DNA of 64,000 bases. Source: Candidatus Wildermuthbacteria bacterium. GTDB lineage: Bacteria; Patescibacteriota; Minisyncoccia; Minisyncoccales; UBA10102. Below, one piece after another: positions 48,569 through 58,787 of the stretch. Numbering within the stretch: the first letter of the stretch is position 1; each line of letters begins with the position of its first letter. A program made the position numbers and the translations under genes. Location: the NCBI GenBank assembly GCA_016186115.1, contig JACPMK010000003.1, forward strand, positions 90,470-154,469, in the 5' to 3' direction. The notes beneath the pieces were generated by a model, which ran no database searches, was not told the DNA's origin, and worked only from the letters and a program-made list of their open reading frames with translations.

Positions 48569-49333
48569 ATGAAAAATACCTTAGTTGCAAAAGAGAAAGT
48601 CGGAATCTTGGGATTTGGAGAAGTAGGAAAGGCGATTGCAAGATTTTATAAAAATCCAAAGATTAAGGACCTCAAACGAGACGATGGACTTGAGGGCAGC
48701 ACTATTTTCCATGTTTGTATCCCATGGAATGGTAAGTTTTTGAATATTGTAAAAGAAGAAATCGAAAAGATAAAACCAAAGCTTACCATTATCCATTCTA
48801 CGGTTGCGCCGGGCACAACCAGAAACCTCAACGCAATGCTCCCGAAGGGCTTGGCTGGCACGGTAGTGCACAGTCCTATCCGAGGAGATCATCCTTATTT
48901 ATACCGTGGGGTCAAATTATTCCTTAAGTACATTGGCGCCGATGACAAAAAAATAGCTCTTTTTGCACAAAAGCATCTCTGCGGCCTTGGCATGAAGATC
49001 AAGATCTTTTATCCTTCAGCAACAACAGAATTAGGAAAGCTTTTCGATACTACGTATTATGGACTTTGCATCGCATGGCATGGGGAGATGAAAAAAATTT
49101 GCGATAAAGAAGGAGTGGATTTCGCAGAAGCGATTCAGGATTTCAATCGTACGTATAACGAAGGATATAAAAAATTGAAAAAGGAACACGTAGTGCGTCC
49201 GGTGCTCTATGCGCCCAATCCCTTGATTGGCGGACATTGCGTTATCCCAAATGTGAAAATACTGAAACAATTCTACCAAAGCAAGGCCTTCGATTTGATT
49301 TTAGAGTACGGCCAAAAAGAAAATCAGGAGTAG
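48569..49333 (+). CDS. Short nucleotide-sugar dehydrogenase-like protein
   Basis: GFGEVG Rossmann motif, HSTVAPGTT, HSP, TELGK, IGGHCV; only 254 aa. Confidence 0.75.
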   Translation: MKNTLVAKEKVGILGFGEVGKAIARFYKNPKIKDLKRDDGLEGSTIFHVCIPWNGKFLNIVKEEIEKIKPKLTIIHSTVAPGTTRNLNAMLPKGLAGTVVHSPIRGDHPYLYRGVKLFLKYIGADDKKIALFAQKHLCGLGMKIKIFYPSATTELGKLFDTTYYGLCIAWHGEMKKICDKEGVDFAEAIQDFNRTYNEGYKKLKKEHVVRPVLYAPNPLIGGHCVIPNVKILKQFYQSKAFDLILEYGQKENQE

Positions 49334-49342
49334 CATTATTTG

Positions 49343-50272
49343 ATGGATGTTATTATTGTTTGCCACACTGAATTCGGGTTTGTTGCCGGCAGGCAGATCA
49401 TATTTGACAAAAAAGGTGTGGATGGAGTACGCGGGGGGGTTATCAATGCCAAGGACATAGCAGAAAAATACGGGGCAAAGATTACGTTTGCGGTATGCCC
49501 CGAAACCGCGGAGTTCTTTCCAAAAGGAATACATCATGAAATTGGCCTGCATATTCATCCGGGATGGGAAAAATTTCGCTGGAAGAATTTTGAATGGTAT
49601 GTGGGGGACGCCTATTTGAGAAAGCATTGCCGACAGTCCCTGAATTCTACCGTATTGCGCGATTATCCATTTGGGGAACAAAAAAACATGATTCAAGCGG
49701 GCGCATGTTTGCTGGAGGAGCATTTTGGAACGAGGCCAAAGGTGTTTGTTGCCGGGAGATGGTCTGAAAATGGAGACACCATGCGAGCCCTGACAACTTT
49801 AGGATTTACCCATGATTGTTCTGCGCCGCCCCATTTGAAAACCGATCATTTTGACTGGTCGAGAATCCCGCGCATTTGTTTGCCGTACCATCCGGACGAG
49901 AACGACTATCAGAAAAAGGGAGGAGTCCCCTTGCTGATAATCCCGATTTCCCGGATGTTGTTCCGGGGAATTGCCAATCCGGAATTAGCCCCCCTTTTTG
50001 GATATCCATGGCTCAAGGCATCGTTTCTTGAATACTATAACCAACAGGTACCAATTTTCCATATTTGTTTTCATTCACCATCCATGACCAGCCCTTATTT
50101 TATGAATACTTTAGACAAGTATCTGCAGTTTCTTTCTCATCATCAGGTGCGATATCGATTTGCTTCAGAAATTACCGAGTATCCGGTGATGAATCCTTCC
50201 ACAAATGTGGTCCCCTATCTCAAGGGAATCAATGCGCAATTATTTGTATCTGCGATTCGAAAGTTTTTATGA
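49343..50272 (+). CDS. Polysaccharide deacetylase-like protein
   Basis: CHTE, EIGLHIHP, FVAGRW, FHSPS. Confidence 0.7.
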   Translation: MDVIIVCHTEFGFVAGRQIIFDKKGVDGVRGGVINAKDIAEKYGAKITFAVCPETAEFFPKGIHHEIGLHIHPGWEKFRWKNFEWYVGDAYLRKHCRQSLNSTVLRDYPFGEQKNMIQAGACLLEEHFGTRPKVFVAGRWSENGDTMRALTTLGFTHDCSAPPHLKTDHFDWSRIPRICLPYHPDENDYQKKGGVPLLIIPISRMLFRGIANPELAPLFGYPWLKASFLEYYNQQVPIFHICFHSPSMTSPYFMNTLDKYLQFLSHHQVRYRFASEITEYPVMNPSTNVVPYLKGINAQLFVSAIRKFL

Positions 50273-50979
50273 GAAATTATGACACAGTGAATCCAGAGGT
50301 ATACGAGCGGCGGTTTTTGGATATACCAAGAGAGCGATATCTTGATCATCATTGGCTTCCCCGTTTTATCCGGGCAATTGAAAATTATTGCGATGCAAGA
50401 AAAGTGCTTGATCTGGGATGCGGAACCGGAAGGTATACGCAGATCATTGAAAAGTTCGCGAAAGAAGTCACTGGCGTTGACATTTCTGAAAGATTTCTTC
50501 AATATGCAAGAGAAACATACGGACTTCCCCATCTTATCTGCGGAGATGCGCATCATCTTTCATTGGATGATACATTCGACGTTGTTACTACCTTTGGTCT
50601 TTTTGAATATATTGATCGGGATAGAGTCATGAGAGAGATCGATCGGGTTCTTATTCCGGGAGGGTATCTTATTGTGGCAACCGTCAATAAGTATGGCTTT
50701 GGACGGATGTTACGCAGATTGCGCAGGAGTATTCTTCAGAAAAAGCCCCAAGTTATGGAACCGTCGAAGGGCGAGATGCTCACGCATTTTAAGAGGCATC
50801 ACTTTGAAATTATAGAAGTGCAGATGACCGATGGATTGATTTGGCTTCCAGATTTTTTAGATCGCATGATGGGAGAACAAATCTACATGCTCATCGAAAA
50901 GATATTCCATTTTATCGGCACGAATCCATTAAGCAATACCATGTTATTTATAGCGAAAAAGCAAAATGCCACCAATTGA
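50269..50979 (+). CDS. Class I SAM-dependent methyltransferase
   Basis: VLDLGCGTG, GVDIS, GDAHHL, RVLIPGG. Confidence 0.92.
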   Translation: MRNYDTVNPEVYERRFLDIPRERYLDHHWLPRFIRAIENYCDARKVLDLGCGTGRYTQIIEKFAKEVTGVDISERFLQYARETYGLPHLICGDAHHLSLDDTFDVVTTFGLFEYIDRDRVMREIDRVLIPGGYLIVATVNKYGFGRMLRRLRRSILQKKPQVMEPSKGEMLTHFKRHHFEIIEVQMTDGLIWLPDFLDRMMGEQIYMLIEKIFHFIGTNPLSNTMLFIAKKQNATN

Positions 50980-51961
50980 TTTAAAACACAAAACATTCTT
51001 AATCACTGGAGGAACCGGCTCTTTTGGGCAGAAATGCACCGAGATTCTTTTGAGGGAATACGAACCCAATGCCGTGAGGATTTATTCACGGGGAGAATTA
51101 CTCCAGTTCGAAATGGTCCAAAAATTTAACCATGACGAACGCTTACGCTTTTTTATTGGTGATGTGCGTGACAGGGAACGTCTCTCAAGAGCAATGGAAG
51201 GAGTGGATATCGTAGTGCATGCTGCTGCCTTAAAACAAGTTCCCGCTGCAGAATACAATCCATTGGAAGTTATCAAAACAAATATTTTGGGAAGCGCTCA
51301 TGTAGTTGATGCAGCAATTGATAGCAGGGTAAAACGAGCTATTCTGATTAGTACCGATAAGGCGGTTAACCCCGTAAATCTGTACGGCGCTACAAAGCTG
51401 TGCGCGGAGAAGCTCTTCGTTCAAGCGAATTCCTACGTGGGCGGAAGGGAAACAAAATTCAGCTGTTCCCGCTATGGGAATGTGATTGGGAGCCGGGGGA
51501 GTGTAGCTCCGCTTTTTTGCGAACAAAGAAAGAACGGATTTCTTACTATTACCGATGAACGCATGACGAGATTTTGGATTACCCTTGAACAAGGAGTGCG
51601 GTTTGTGCTTCGTTGTCTTGAGCGGATGAATGGGGGAGAAATTTTTATCCCCAAGATTCCGAGTACGAAAATTACCGAAATCGCAGATGCCATTGCTCCG
51701 GGAATGGAAAAGAAGACAGTAGGAATTCGGCCAGGAGAAAAGATTCATGAGATTCTTTTGACTGAATACGAAGCCCTGCACGCGAAAGAATTTGCCGATC
51801 ATTTTGTGATAGAACCAGAATTTAAATTTTGGAAAGATAATGGCGGCGGAACGAATGGGGGCATACCTCTTCATGAGGGATTCCGCTATACGAGCGACAG
51901 GAATGATTGGTATCTCTTGAGAGATGAAATCAAAAACTTGGTACAGGAATTCTTGATATGA
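50966..51961 (+). CDS. pseB: UDP-N-acetylglucosamine 4,6-dehydratase (inverting)
   Basis: ITGGTGSFG, HAAALKQVPAAEYNP, STDKAVNPVNLYGATK, RYGNVIGSRGSV, MTRFWI, GIRPGEKIHE. Confidence 0.93.
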   Translation: MPPIDLKHKTFLITGGTGSFGQKCTEILLREYEPNAVRIYSRGELLQFEMVQKFNHDERLRFFIGDVRDRERLSRAMEGVDIVVHAAALKQVPAAEYNPLEVIKTNILGSAHVVDAAIDSRVKRAILISTDKAVNPVNLYGATKLCAEKLFVQANSYVGGRETKFSCSRYGNVIGSRGSVAPLFCEQRKNGFLTITDERMTRFWITLEQGVRFVLRCLERMNGGEIFIPKIPSTKITEIADAIAPGMEKKTVGIRPGEKIHEILLTEYEALHAKEFADHFVIEPEFKFWKDNGGGTNGGIPLHEGFRYTSDRNDWYLLRDEIKNLVQEFLI

Positions 51962-52344
51962 AATTTGTTTTAAAAAGAGAGAAGCATCAGGCACCGAGCG
52001 GGTTTTTGGCAGAACTCGTGTCTTCGAAGTATGCAGATGAACCCTTCAAAATTCATAGTTATTTGGTAAAGATTAATAAAGGATACACGAGAGCAAACCA
52101 TTACCACAAAAAGAAAAAAGAATGGATCACTTCTATCGGAGGCAAGACCCTTTTGAAGCTTAAACACGTCAAGACGGGCCAAAGGAAGCAATACCTTCTT
52201 GATTTTGAGGCCAAAGACCAAAAGATTATTTTTATGCCGCCTTTCTGGTCTCATTCCATAGCAGCCATAGGGGGCGCCTCGGCAGTATTAGTGTTTACGC
52301 TTCGTCCTGAAGATAAGGAAGATACTATTTCTCATGAAGTATAA
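51958..52344 (+). CDS. Cupin (WxcM/FdtA-like) sugar isomerase
   Basis: RANHYHKKKKEW...PPFWSHSI. Confidence 0.75.
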   Translation: MKFVLKREKHQAPSGFLAELVSSKYADEPFKIHSYLVKINKGYTRANHYHKKKKEWITSIGGKTLLKLKHVKTGQRKQYLLDFEAKDQKIIFMPPFWSHSIAAIGGASAVLVFTLRPEDKEDTISHEV

Positions 52345-52347
52345 AAA

Positions 52348-53493
52348 ATGGTGAAAAATTTTATTCCTTACGGCAAGCAATGGATTGATGAGCAAGATGT
52401 GAAGGAGGCGGCAAAGATTTTGAGGACCGACTGGATTACTCAAGGTCCTGTCATTGAGAAATTTGAACATGCAATTGCGAACTATTGCGGAGCATCCTAT
52501 GGAGTGGCAGTAGCATCGGGCACGGCAGCGCTTCATGCGGCATATGCTGTTGCAGGCATTGGCCAGGGAGACGAAGTGATCACAAGCCCTTTAACATTTG
52601 CAGCAACCGCCAATGGAGTTGTGTATTGCGGAGGGAAACCCGTATTTGCAGATATTCAAGAGGATACTCTTACTATTGATCCAAGAGAGATCGAGAAAAA
52701 GATTACGAAAAGAACAAAAGCAATAGCGCCAGTTGACTTTGCCGGGCATCCCTGCGAATATAATAAGATTCTGCAGATTGCAAAGAAGCATAAGTTATTA
52801 GTAATTGAAGATGCAGCTCATGCGTTGGGTTCTGAATACCGGGGAAAGAAAATTGGCAGTTTTGCCGACCTTACCATTTTAAGCTTTCATCCTGTTAAAA
52901 CTATCACCACAGGAGAAGGGGGGATGATTCTGACGAATCACAAAGACCTCTACGAAAAGCTGAAGGTTTTCCGCCATCATGGGATTGTGAAAAAACCAGA
53001 ACAGGGGGGGTGGTATTATGAAATCGAACATCCGGGATACAATTATCGGATCACTGATTTTCAATGTGCGTTGGGCTTAAGTCAATTTCGGAAATTACCC
53101 CGATTCATCAAAAGGAGAAAAGAGATTGTCGCAAGGTATGACGCTGCTTTTCAAGATGAGGAGGCGTTGATTATCCCAAAAGAAAAATCCTATGTGGAAG
53201 CGGTTTACCATATCTATGTGGTACAACTGCGATTAGAGAAACTTCAGGCAGGAAGAAGAGAAATCTTTGAAGCATTACAGAAGCGAGGTATTGGATGCCA
53301 AGTGCATTATGTCCCGGTGCATTTTCAGCCCTTCTATCAAAAAACATTCGGATATCAAAGGGGAGATTTTCCAGTGGCAGAGCGATATTACGAGGGGGCA
53401 CTCACACTCCCTTTATTCCCTAAGATGACCGATGCGCAGGTGGAAAAGGTGATTCGAACCGTTCGTAGTATTATTCGCTTCAATCGCAAGTAG
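52348..53493 (+). CDS. pseC: DegT/DnrJ PLP aminotransferase, PseC-like
   Basis: IPYGKQWID, SGTAALH, EDAAHALG, SFHPVKTITTGEGG, GYNYRITD. Confidence 0.9.
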   Translation: MVKNFIPYGKQWIDEQDVKEAAKILRTDWITQGPVIEKFEHAIANYCGASYGVAVASGTAALHAAYAVAGIGQGDEVITSPLTFAATANGVVYCGGKPVFADIQEDTLTIDPREIEKKITKRTKAIAPVDFAGHPCEYNKILQIAKKHKLLVIEDAAHALGSEYRGKKIGSFADLTILSFHPVKTITTGEGGMILTNHKDLYEKLKVFRHHGIVKKPEQGGWYYEIEHPGYNYRITDFQCALGLSQFRKLPRFIKRRKEIVARYDAAFQDEEALIIPKEKSYVEAVYHIYVVQLRLEKLQAGRREIFEALQKRGIGCQVHYVPVHFQPFYQKTFGYQRGDFPVAERYYEGALTLPLFPKMTDAQVEKVIRTVRSIIRFNRK

Positions 53494-53494
53494 T

Positions 53495-54271
53495 ATGAGT
53501 ATGACGAAAAAACCGGTTGTAGGGGCTATTATACAGGCAAGAATGGGTGCAACGCGTTTGCCGGGCAAGGTATTAAAAATTCTTGGAGACAAGCCCGTGC
53601 TTGAGCACGTGATTGAACGGGTTAAACGCGTTCCAAGCTGCGATAAAATTGTACTCGCAACCACCACAGGACAAGATAATGATGCCTTGGAGAAATTGGG
53701 ACGAAATCTCGGCGTTGATGTGTACCGCGGATCCGAAAAGGATGTACTTGATCGCTATTACCAGGCAGCAAAACAATTCAACATTGATATTATTGTTCGT
53801 ATTACCGCCGATTGTCCATGCCTAGATCCTCAAATAGTGCAGGAAACGATTGATCTCTACAGGAAGAGCAATTACGATCATGTAAGCAATGTTCAACCAC
53901 CTTCGTTGCCAGATGGCCTTGACGCAGAAGTATTCAGTTTTCAGGCGCTCGAAAAAGCATGGAGAGAGGCAAGGGATCCTTTAGAGCGAGAGCATGTATC
54001 TTTATATCTGGTGAGACATCCGGAATTATTTTCTCATGGAAATTACGTATACCCCCAAGATTTTTCTCACTTACGACTTACGCTCGATGAAGAAGCAGAT
54101 TACCTGCTTTTGCAGGAGGTTTTCAGAGAGCTTTATCCCAGCAATCCGTGGTTTGGACTGCAGGAGATTGCACAATTGTTTACAAGACGGCCAGAACTTA
54201 TAAATATCAATCAGCACGTTGTGCCTCATCCTGTGAGTCGTTGGCAAAAGGGTCAAACAAAGTCAGAATAA
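53495..54271 (+). CDS. Cytidylyltransferase (SpsF/PseF-like)
   Basis: IQARMGATRLPGKVL, RGSEKDVLDRY, RITADCP, REHV, RLTLDE. Confidence 0.88.
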   Translation: MSMTKKPVVGAIIQARMGATRLPGKVLKILGDKPVLEHVIERVKRVPSCDKIVLATTTGQDNDALEKLGRNLGVDVYRGSEKDVLDRYYQAAKQFNIDIIVRITADCPCLDPQIVQETIDLYRKSNYDHVSNVQPPSLPDGLDAEVFSFQALEKAWREARDPLEREHVSLYLVRHPELFSHGNYVYPQDFSHLRLTLDEEADYLLLQEVFRELYPSNPWFGLQEIAQLFTRRPELININQHVVPHPVSRWQKGQTKSE

Positions 54272-54288
54272 TTTATTAAACCCATTGT

Positions 54289-55608
54289 ATGACGCAAAGA
54301 TCAGTAAAAAGTATCGAGCTATGGGATAAGGGCAAGAAGATTCTTCCCGGAGGAAGTCAGCTTTTGTCAAAAAGATCAGAGCTTTTTGCTCCCAATCAAT
54401 GGCCTTCTTACTACAAAAAAGCAAGAGGCATTGAGGTTGAAGATCTAGACGGTAATACTTATATTGATATGTACGGTATGGGTATCGGGAGTTGCATTTT
54501 AGGGTATGCAGACGATGAAGTGAACGAGGCAGTAAAAAAGGCAGTAGATTCTGGTTCCATGTGTTTGCTCAATGCGCCCGAGGAGGTAGAGCTTGCCGAA
54601 CTCTTTTGCCAGATTCATCCGTGGGCGAAGATGGTGCGTTATACAAGAGGAGGCGGAGAGGCAATGGCGGTGGCGGTGAGAATTGCCCGGGCATATTCTG
54701 GCAAAGAGAAAGTGGCGTTTTGCGGGTATCACGGTTGGCATGACTGGTATATTTCTTCAAATCTTGCGGACGATAAGAATCTCGATGGACATCTGATCCC
54801 GGGGTTGGAACCGCGGGGTATCCCTCGTGGATTGCAGGGAACTGCACTTCCTTTTCAGTACAATCATATTGAGGAATTAGAAAAAATTGTTGCGGAGAAC
54901 GAAATTGGTGTTATCGTTGTAGAAACATTTCGGTTTCAAGAGCCGGAAGACAATTTTTTGGGAAAAATCAGGGCAATTGCAGATAGAATCGGCGCAGTAT
55001 TAATTTTTGACGAGATAACCGCAGGATGGCGGTTCGTTCTCGGGGGAGTTCACCTGAAATACGGAGTAAATCCTGATATTGCCGTCTTTGCAAAAGGAAC
55101 GAGCAATGGATTTGCGATGGCAGTGGTTATTGGGAAAGAGGAGGTTATGCAAGCGGCCCAAGCAACCTTTATCAGTAGCAGTTATTGGACAGAACGCATC
55201 GGCCCTGTTGCTGCGCTTGCAACCATTCGGAAAATGATAAGAGAAAATATCCCTCAATATTTAGAGCGCATCGGAACTTTATTCGTACATACCGTAAAGG
55301 AAGCAGCAACGAAATATGGTCTGGAAGTCCATGCGGGGGGGTTGCCGGGGCTCCTGCACTTTTCGTTTGAGTATGGAGAAAAAAGTCAGGCAATCAGGAC
55401 TCTTTTTACTCAAGAGATGCTACGGCGGGGAATCCTTGCCTCGGGGGGGTTATATACTTCTTTCGCCCATAAGGAAGAACATATAGAACGGTATCAGAAA
55501 GCGTTAGATGGGGTATTCCCATTTTTGAAAAGGGCGATTGATTCGAATCAGGTAGAACAAATGCTGGAGGGGCCCGTTGCGCAGCAAGGGTTTAAACGGT
55601 TGACGTAG
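54289..55608 (+). CDS. Class III PLP aminotransferase (GSA-aminomutase-like)
   Basis: SQLLSKR, GYHGWHDW, LIFDEITAGWR, PDIAVFAKG. Confidence 0.88.
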   Translation: MTQRSVKSIELWDKGKKILPGGSQLLSKRSELFAPNQWPSYYKKARGIEVEDLDGNTYIDMYGMGIGSCILGYADDEVNEAVKKAVDSGSMCLLNAPEEVELAELFCQIHPWAKMVRYTRGGGEAMAVAVRIARAYSGKEKVAFCGYHGWHDWYISSNLADDKNLDGHLIPGLEPRGIPRGLQGTALPFQYNHIEELEKIVAENEIGVIVVETFRFQEPEDNFLGKIRAIADRIGAVLIFDEITAGWRFVLGGVHLKYGVNPDIAVFAKGTSNGFAMAVVIGKEEVMQAAQATFISSSYWTERIGPVAALATIRKMIRENIPQYLERIGTLFVHTVKEAATKYGLEVHAGGLPGLLHFSFEYGEKSQAIRTLFTQEMLRRGILASGGLYTSFAHKEEHIERYQKALDGVFPFLKRAIDSNQVEQMLEGPVAQQGFKRLT

Positions 55609-55622
55609 ATTAACGAAAGGGC

Positions 55623-56237
55623 ATGTCGGTTGTTGTCATCGATTACGGCATGGGGAACGTTGCCTCCGTGAAGAACGCAGTGGATGCGCTTGGGTACGAT
55701 GCAGTGATTTCCCGAAAAAAAGAGGACATTGAAAATGCAAGCCATATCATATTACCCGGCGTGGGAGCATTTGGAAACGGAATACATAATCTTATCGATT
55801 TTGGCCTCGCAGATCTTTTAGGAAAGGAAATATTGCAGAAAGGTAAACCATTCCTTGGCTTATGTCTAGGGTTGCAACTCTTGGCTGACACAGGTCAGGA
55901 AGGTGGAGCATATAAGGGTCTGGGGTGGATACGCGGGTACGTACGGAGGTTTCAGGTTAATGAGAGTAAGGTAAAAGTTCCTCATGTGGGCTGGGATGAT
56001 ATTATCATAAAAAGGCAGTCGGTATTGTTTCAAAATATCAGGAAGCCGATTTTCTATTTTGTCCACAGCTATCACCTTATTCCCGAGGATGAGTCGATTG
56101 TTATTGCAAAAACAGAATATGGCGAGACATTTGTTGCTGCGATAGAAAAAGAAAATATTTTTGGATTGCAGTTTCACCCAGAAAAAAGTCAACGAGAGGG
56201 TCTTCGATTGCTCAAAAACTTTCTTCAAATACGCTAG
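55623..56237 (+). CDS. HisH-like glutaminase of a sugar amidination module
   Basis: IDYGMGN, LPGVGAF, GLCLGLQ, YFVHSY, QFHPEKS; lies inside the glycan cluster. Confidence 0.88.
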   Translation: MSVVVIDYGMGNVASVKNAVDALGYDAVISRKKEDIENASHIILPGVGAFGNGIHNLIDFGLADLLGKEILQKGKPFLGLCLGLQLLADTGQEGGAYKGLGWIRGYVRRFQVNESKVKVPHVGWDDIIIKRQSVLFQNIRKPIFYFVHSYHLIPEDESIVIAKTEYGETFVAAIEKENIFGLQFHPEKSQREGLRLLKNFLQIR

Positions 56238-56256
56238 CGAACATATTCATCATTCT

Positions 56257-57432
56257 ATGGCACAGGATTTCTCCTCTACATATATTCTTAATGATCTCCG
56301 ACGTTGTACGCGTTGCACGATTCCTGAAACTCATGAGACGGTGGTGTTTGATGAACAAGGCGTGTGCAATATTTGCAAGAACATCGAATACAAGCACACG
56401 CAAGTTGATTGGGATGACAGAAAAAAGCAACTCTTGGAGCTTGTGGAGCAATATAGAGGAAAGGGGCCTTATGATTGCATCGTTCCTTTTAGCGGCGGGA
56501 AAGACAGCACTTTTACGCTTTGGTATATTATGAGAGAATTGGGATTAAAACCCTTGGTAGTGAGTTTTGATCATAGTTTTTATCGGCCGAAGACAATAGA
56601 GAATAATGAACGCACCCAGCGCAAGTTGGGAATTGACTTTTTGAAGTTTCGTTCCGATTGGAAGATTGTCCGGAAGCTCATGCTCGAATCACTCAAGCGC
56701 AAGGGAGATTTCGATTGGCATGCGCACGTGGGATGTTTTGTCTATCCCATGCAGATTGCCGTTAAGTTTCGTATCCCCCTTCTTTTTTGGGGTGAATCGA
56801 GTGCGGAATATACGGCATATTATAATTATGCGGAAATTGAAGAGGTTGATGAACGAAGACATCACCGCATTAATGATTTGGGGATTAGCGCTGAAGATAT
56901 GGTCGGGTTTCTAGGAGGAGCAGTAACGATGCGCGATATGGAACCCTATATCTATCCTTCATCGCAAGAGCTGCGCCAATTGGGAGTTCGTTCTGTTTGT
57001 CTTGGTTCATATATTCCATGGGATGTAAAAAAACATTATGAAATTATTCATCGGGAGCTAGACTGGCAGGGGGATCAGGTTGAAGGAGTTCCTCCGCAAT
57101 ATCCTTATGAGAAAGTTGAATATCAACTTCAAGGGCCTCGTGATTATCTCAAATTTATTAAACGCGGATATGCCCGTACGACCCATTTAACAAGCATCGA
57201 TATCCGAAACGGTAGGAGGACAAGAGATGAGGCAAAGGAATTAATTGAGAAATATGAAGGCAAAAGGCCAGCAAGTTTGGATTACCTTCTCCCAATTTTA
57301 GGTATTTCCGAAAAAGAGTGGAGGGAGATTGCGCTTGCTCAAGCAATTCCTCCCTATCAACACGATTTTTCCAGAGAACAAAATGATGAGCCGCTATGGG
57401 ATATGAAATTGTGGGAATGGAATCCCCAATAG
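56257..57432 (+). CDS. N-acetyl sugar amidotransferase (WbuX/PseA-like)
   Basis: CTRC...CNIC, YDCIVPFSGGKDS PP-loop, WGE, YLKFIKRGY. Confidence 0.88.
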   Translation: MAQDFSSTYILNDLRRCTRCTIPETHETVVFDEQGVCNICKNIEYKHTQVDWDDRKKQLLELVEQYRGKGPYDCIVPFSGGKDSTFTLWYIMRELGLKPLVVSFDHSFYRPKTIENNERTQRKLGIDFLKFRSDWKIVRKLMLESLKRKGDFDWHAHVGCFVYPMQIAVKFRIPLLFWGESSAEYTAYYNYAEIEEVDERRHHRINDLGISAEDMVGFLGGAVTMRDMEPYIYPSSQELRQLGVRSVCLGSYIPWDVKKHYEIIHRELDWQGDQVEGVPPQYPYEKVEYQLQGPRDYLKFIKRGYARTTHLTSIDIRNGRRTRDEAKELIEKYEGKRPASLDYLLPILGISEKEWREIALAQAIPPYQHDFSREQNDEPLWDMKLWEWNPQ

Positions 57433-57433
57433 C

Positions 57434-58201
57434 ATGGTAAAGGTAAGAGTTATTCCTGTATTGCTTTTGAAAAATGGAAGAATGGTAAAGCCGATAAAGT
57501 TTGGCGAGGGTGGCGAGAGAGATGTTGGTTGGCCTATAACGACAGCTCGGATTTATGACTCCCAAGATCCAGATGAACTTGTTTTCCTCGATATCACGGC
57601 TACTGGCGAGGGGCGGCAATTTCTTTTTGATACCTTGCGAGAAGTCGCGGCAAACAGTTTTCTTCCGTTGACTGCGGGCGGAGGAGTCAAAACCATTGAG
57701 GACATAAACGAACTCTTAAAAGCTGGAGCAGATAAGGTATCTATAAATACTGCGGCAGTAGAGCAGCCGCAACTGATTAGAGAGGGCGCAGAAAAGTTCG
57801 GAGTACAATGTATTGTCGTGGCAATTGATGTGAGAGAAACAAAACCAGGATACTACGAGGTGTTTACTCATGGAGGCAAAACGCCGACTGGTCTGGAAGC
57901 AGTTGCATGGGCAAAGGAAGCAGCGCGGCTTGGCGCTGGGGAGATTCTTCTCACCTCAATTGACCGCGAAGGAACAATGCAGGGCTACGATACAAAACTT
58001 ATCCGAATGGTTGCTGATGCTGTTTCTATTCCTGTGATCGCTCATGGAGGCGCTGGAACCAGACAGCATTTTGTGGATGCGGTGAGAGAAGGGCATGCTT
58101 CCGCAGTTGCGGCAGCTTCTGTGTTTCATTTTACCGATTCAAATCTTACCCAGGTAAAATCTTATCTGTTTAACGCAGGAGTGCCTGTCAGGCCGATTTA
58201 A
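57434..58201 (+). CDS. HisF-like cyclase-fold subunit of the amidination module
   Basis: [40 protein letters not shown]. Confidence 0.88.
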   Translation: MVKVRVIPVLLLKNGRMVKPIKFGEGGERDVGWPITTARIYDSQDPDELVFLDITATGEGRQFLFDTLREVAANSFLPLTAGGGVKTIEDINELLKAGADKVSINTAAVEQPQLIREGAEKFGVQCIVVAIDVRETKPGYYEVFTHGGKTPTGLEAVAWAKEAARLGAGEILLTSIDREGTMQGYDTKLIRMVADAVSIPVIAHGGAGTRQHFVDAVREGHASAVAAASVFHFTDSNLTQVKSYLFNAGVPVRPI

Positions 58202-58211
58202 ATGCATCTAT

Positions 58212-58787
58212 ATGGATCAAGGAAATTTCGAGCACGAACTCAAAAAAGAAAATCTGCGAATCGAGGGGGAAAGGATATATTTGCGTCCAGTTGGAGAATT
58301 GGATGCGACTGTAGAATATGTTGGTTGGTTGAATGATCCTGAAGTGAATCAATTTCTTGAAAGCAGATTCACCGTCCACACGAAAGCAAATTTGCAAGAA
58401 TACATCCGAAAACAGTCGGCAGATCCGAACACATTATTTTTGGCTATTGTTCTCAAGGAAACCGGAGAACACATTGGCAATATAAAACTAGGGCCTATGG
58501 ATTGGCATCATGGCATCGGGGATATTGGCATCATGATTGGAGACAAGAAATCTTGGGGCAAAGGATTTGCTACGGAAGCAATCCAGCTCCTTGAGCACTA
58601 TGCATTTGAAGTTCTGCATTTGCATAAGTTGACTGCGAGCGCATATGAGCCAAATAGAGGATCGACAAAGGCCTTTTTAAAGGCGGGTTTCTTTGAGGAA
58701 GGAAAAAGAAGTGAGCATGCGTTGTTTGAGGGAAGCTATATTAATGTGGTGCTTATGGGAAAAATAAACAAAAATGGAAAAAATTGA
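58212..58787 (+). CDS. GNAT (RimJ/RimL-like) acetyltransferase
   Basis: WLNDPEV, HIGNIKL, WGKGFATEA, KAGF. Confidence 0.88.
   Translation: MDQGNFEHELKKENLRIEGERIYLRPVGELDATVEYVGWLNDPEVNQFLESRFTVHTKANLQEYIRKQSADPNTLFLAIVLKETGEHIGNIKLGPMDWHHGIGDIGIMIGDKKSWGKGFATEAIQLLEHYAFEVLHLHKLTASAYEPNRGSTKAFLKAGFFEEGKRSEHALFEGSYINVVLMGKINKNGKN

Noticed and set aside
54289..55608. hemL tetrapyrrole gene
   Set aside because: No hem context; it sits next to the cytidylyltransferase in a sugar cluster
55623..58201. Histidine biosynthesis hisH/hisF
   Set aside because: They flank a sugar amidotransferase in a glycan cluster and no other his biosynthesis genes are in the window
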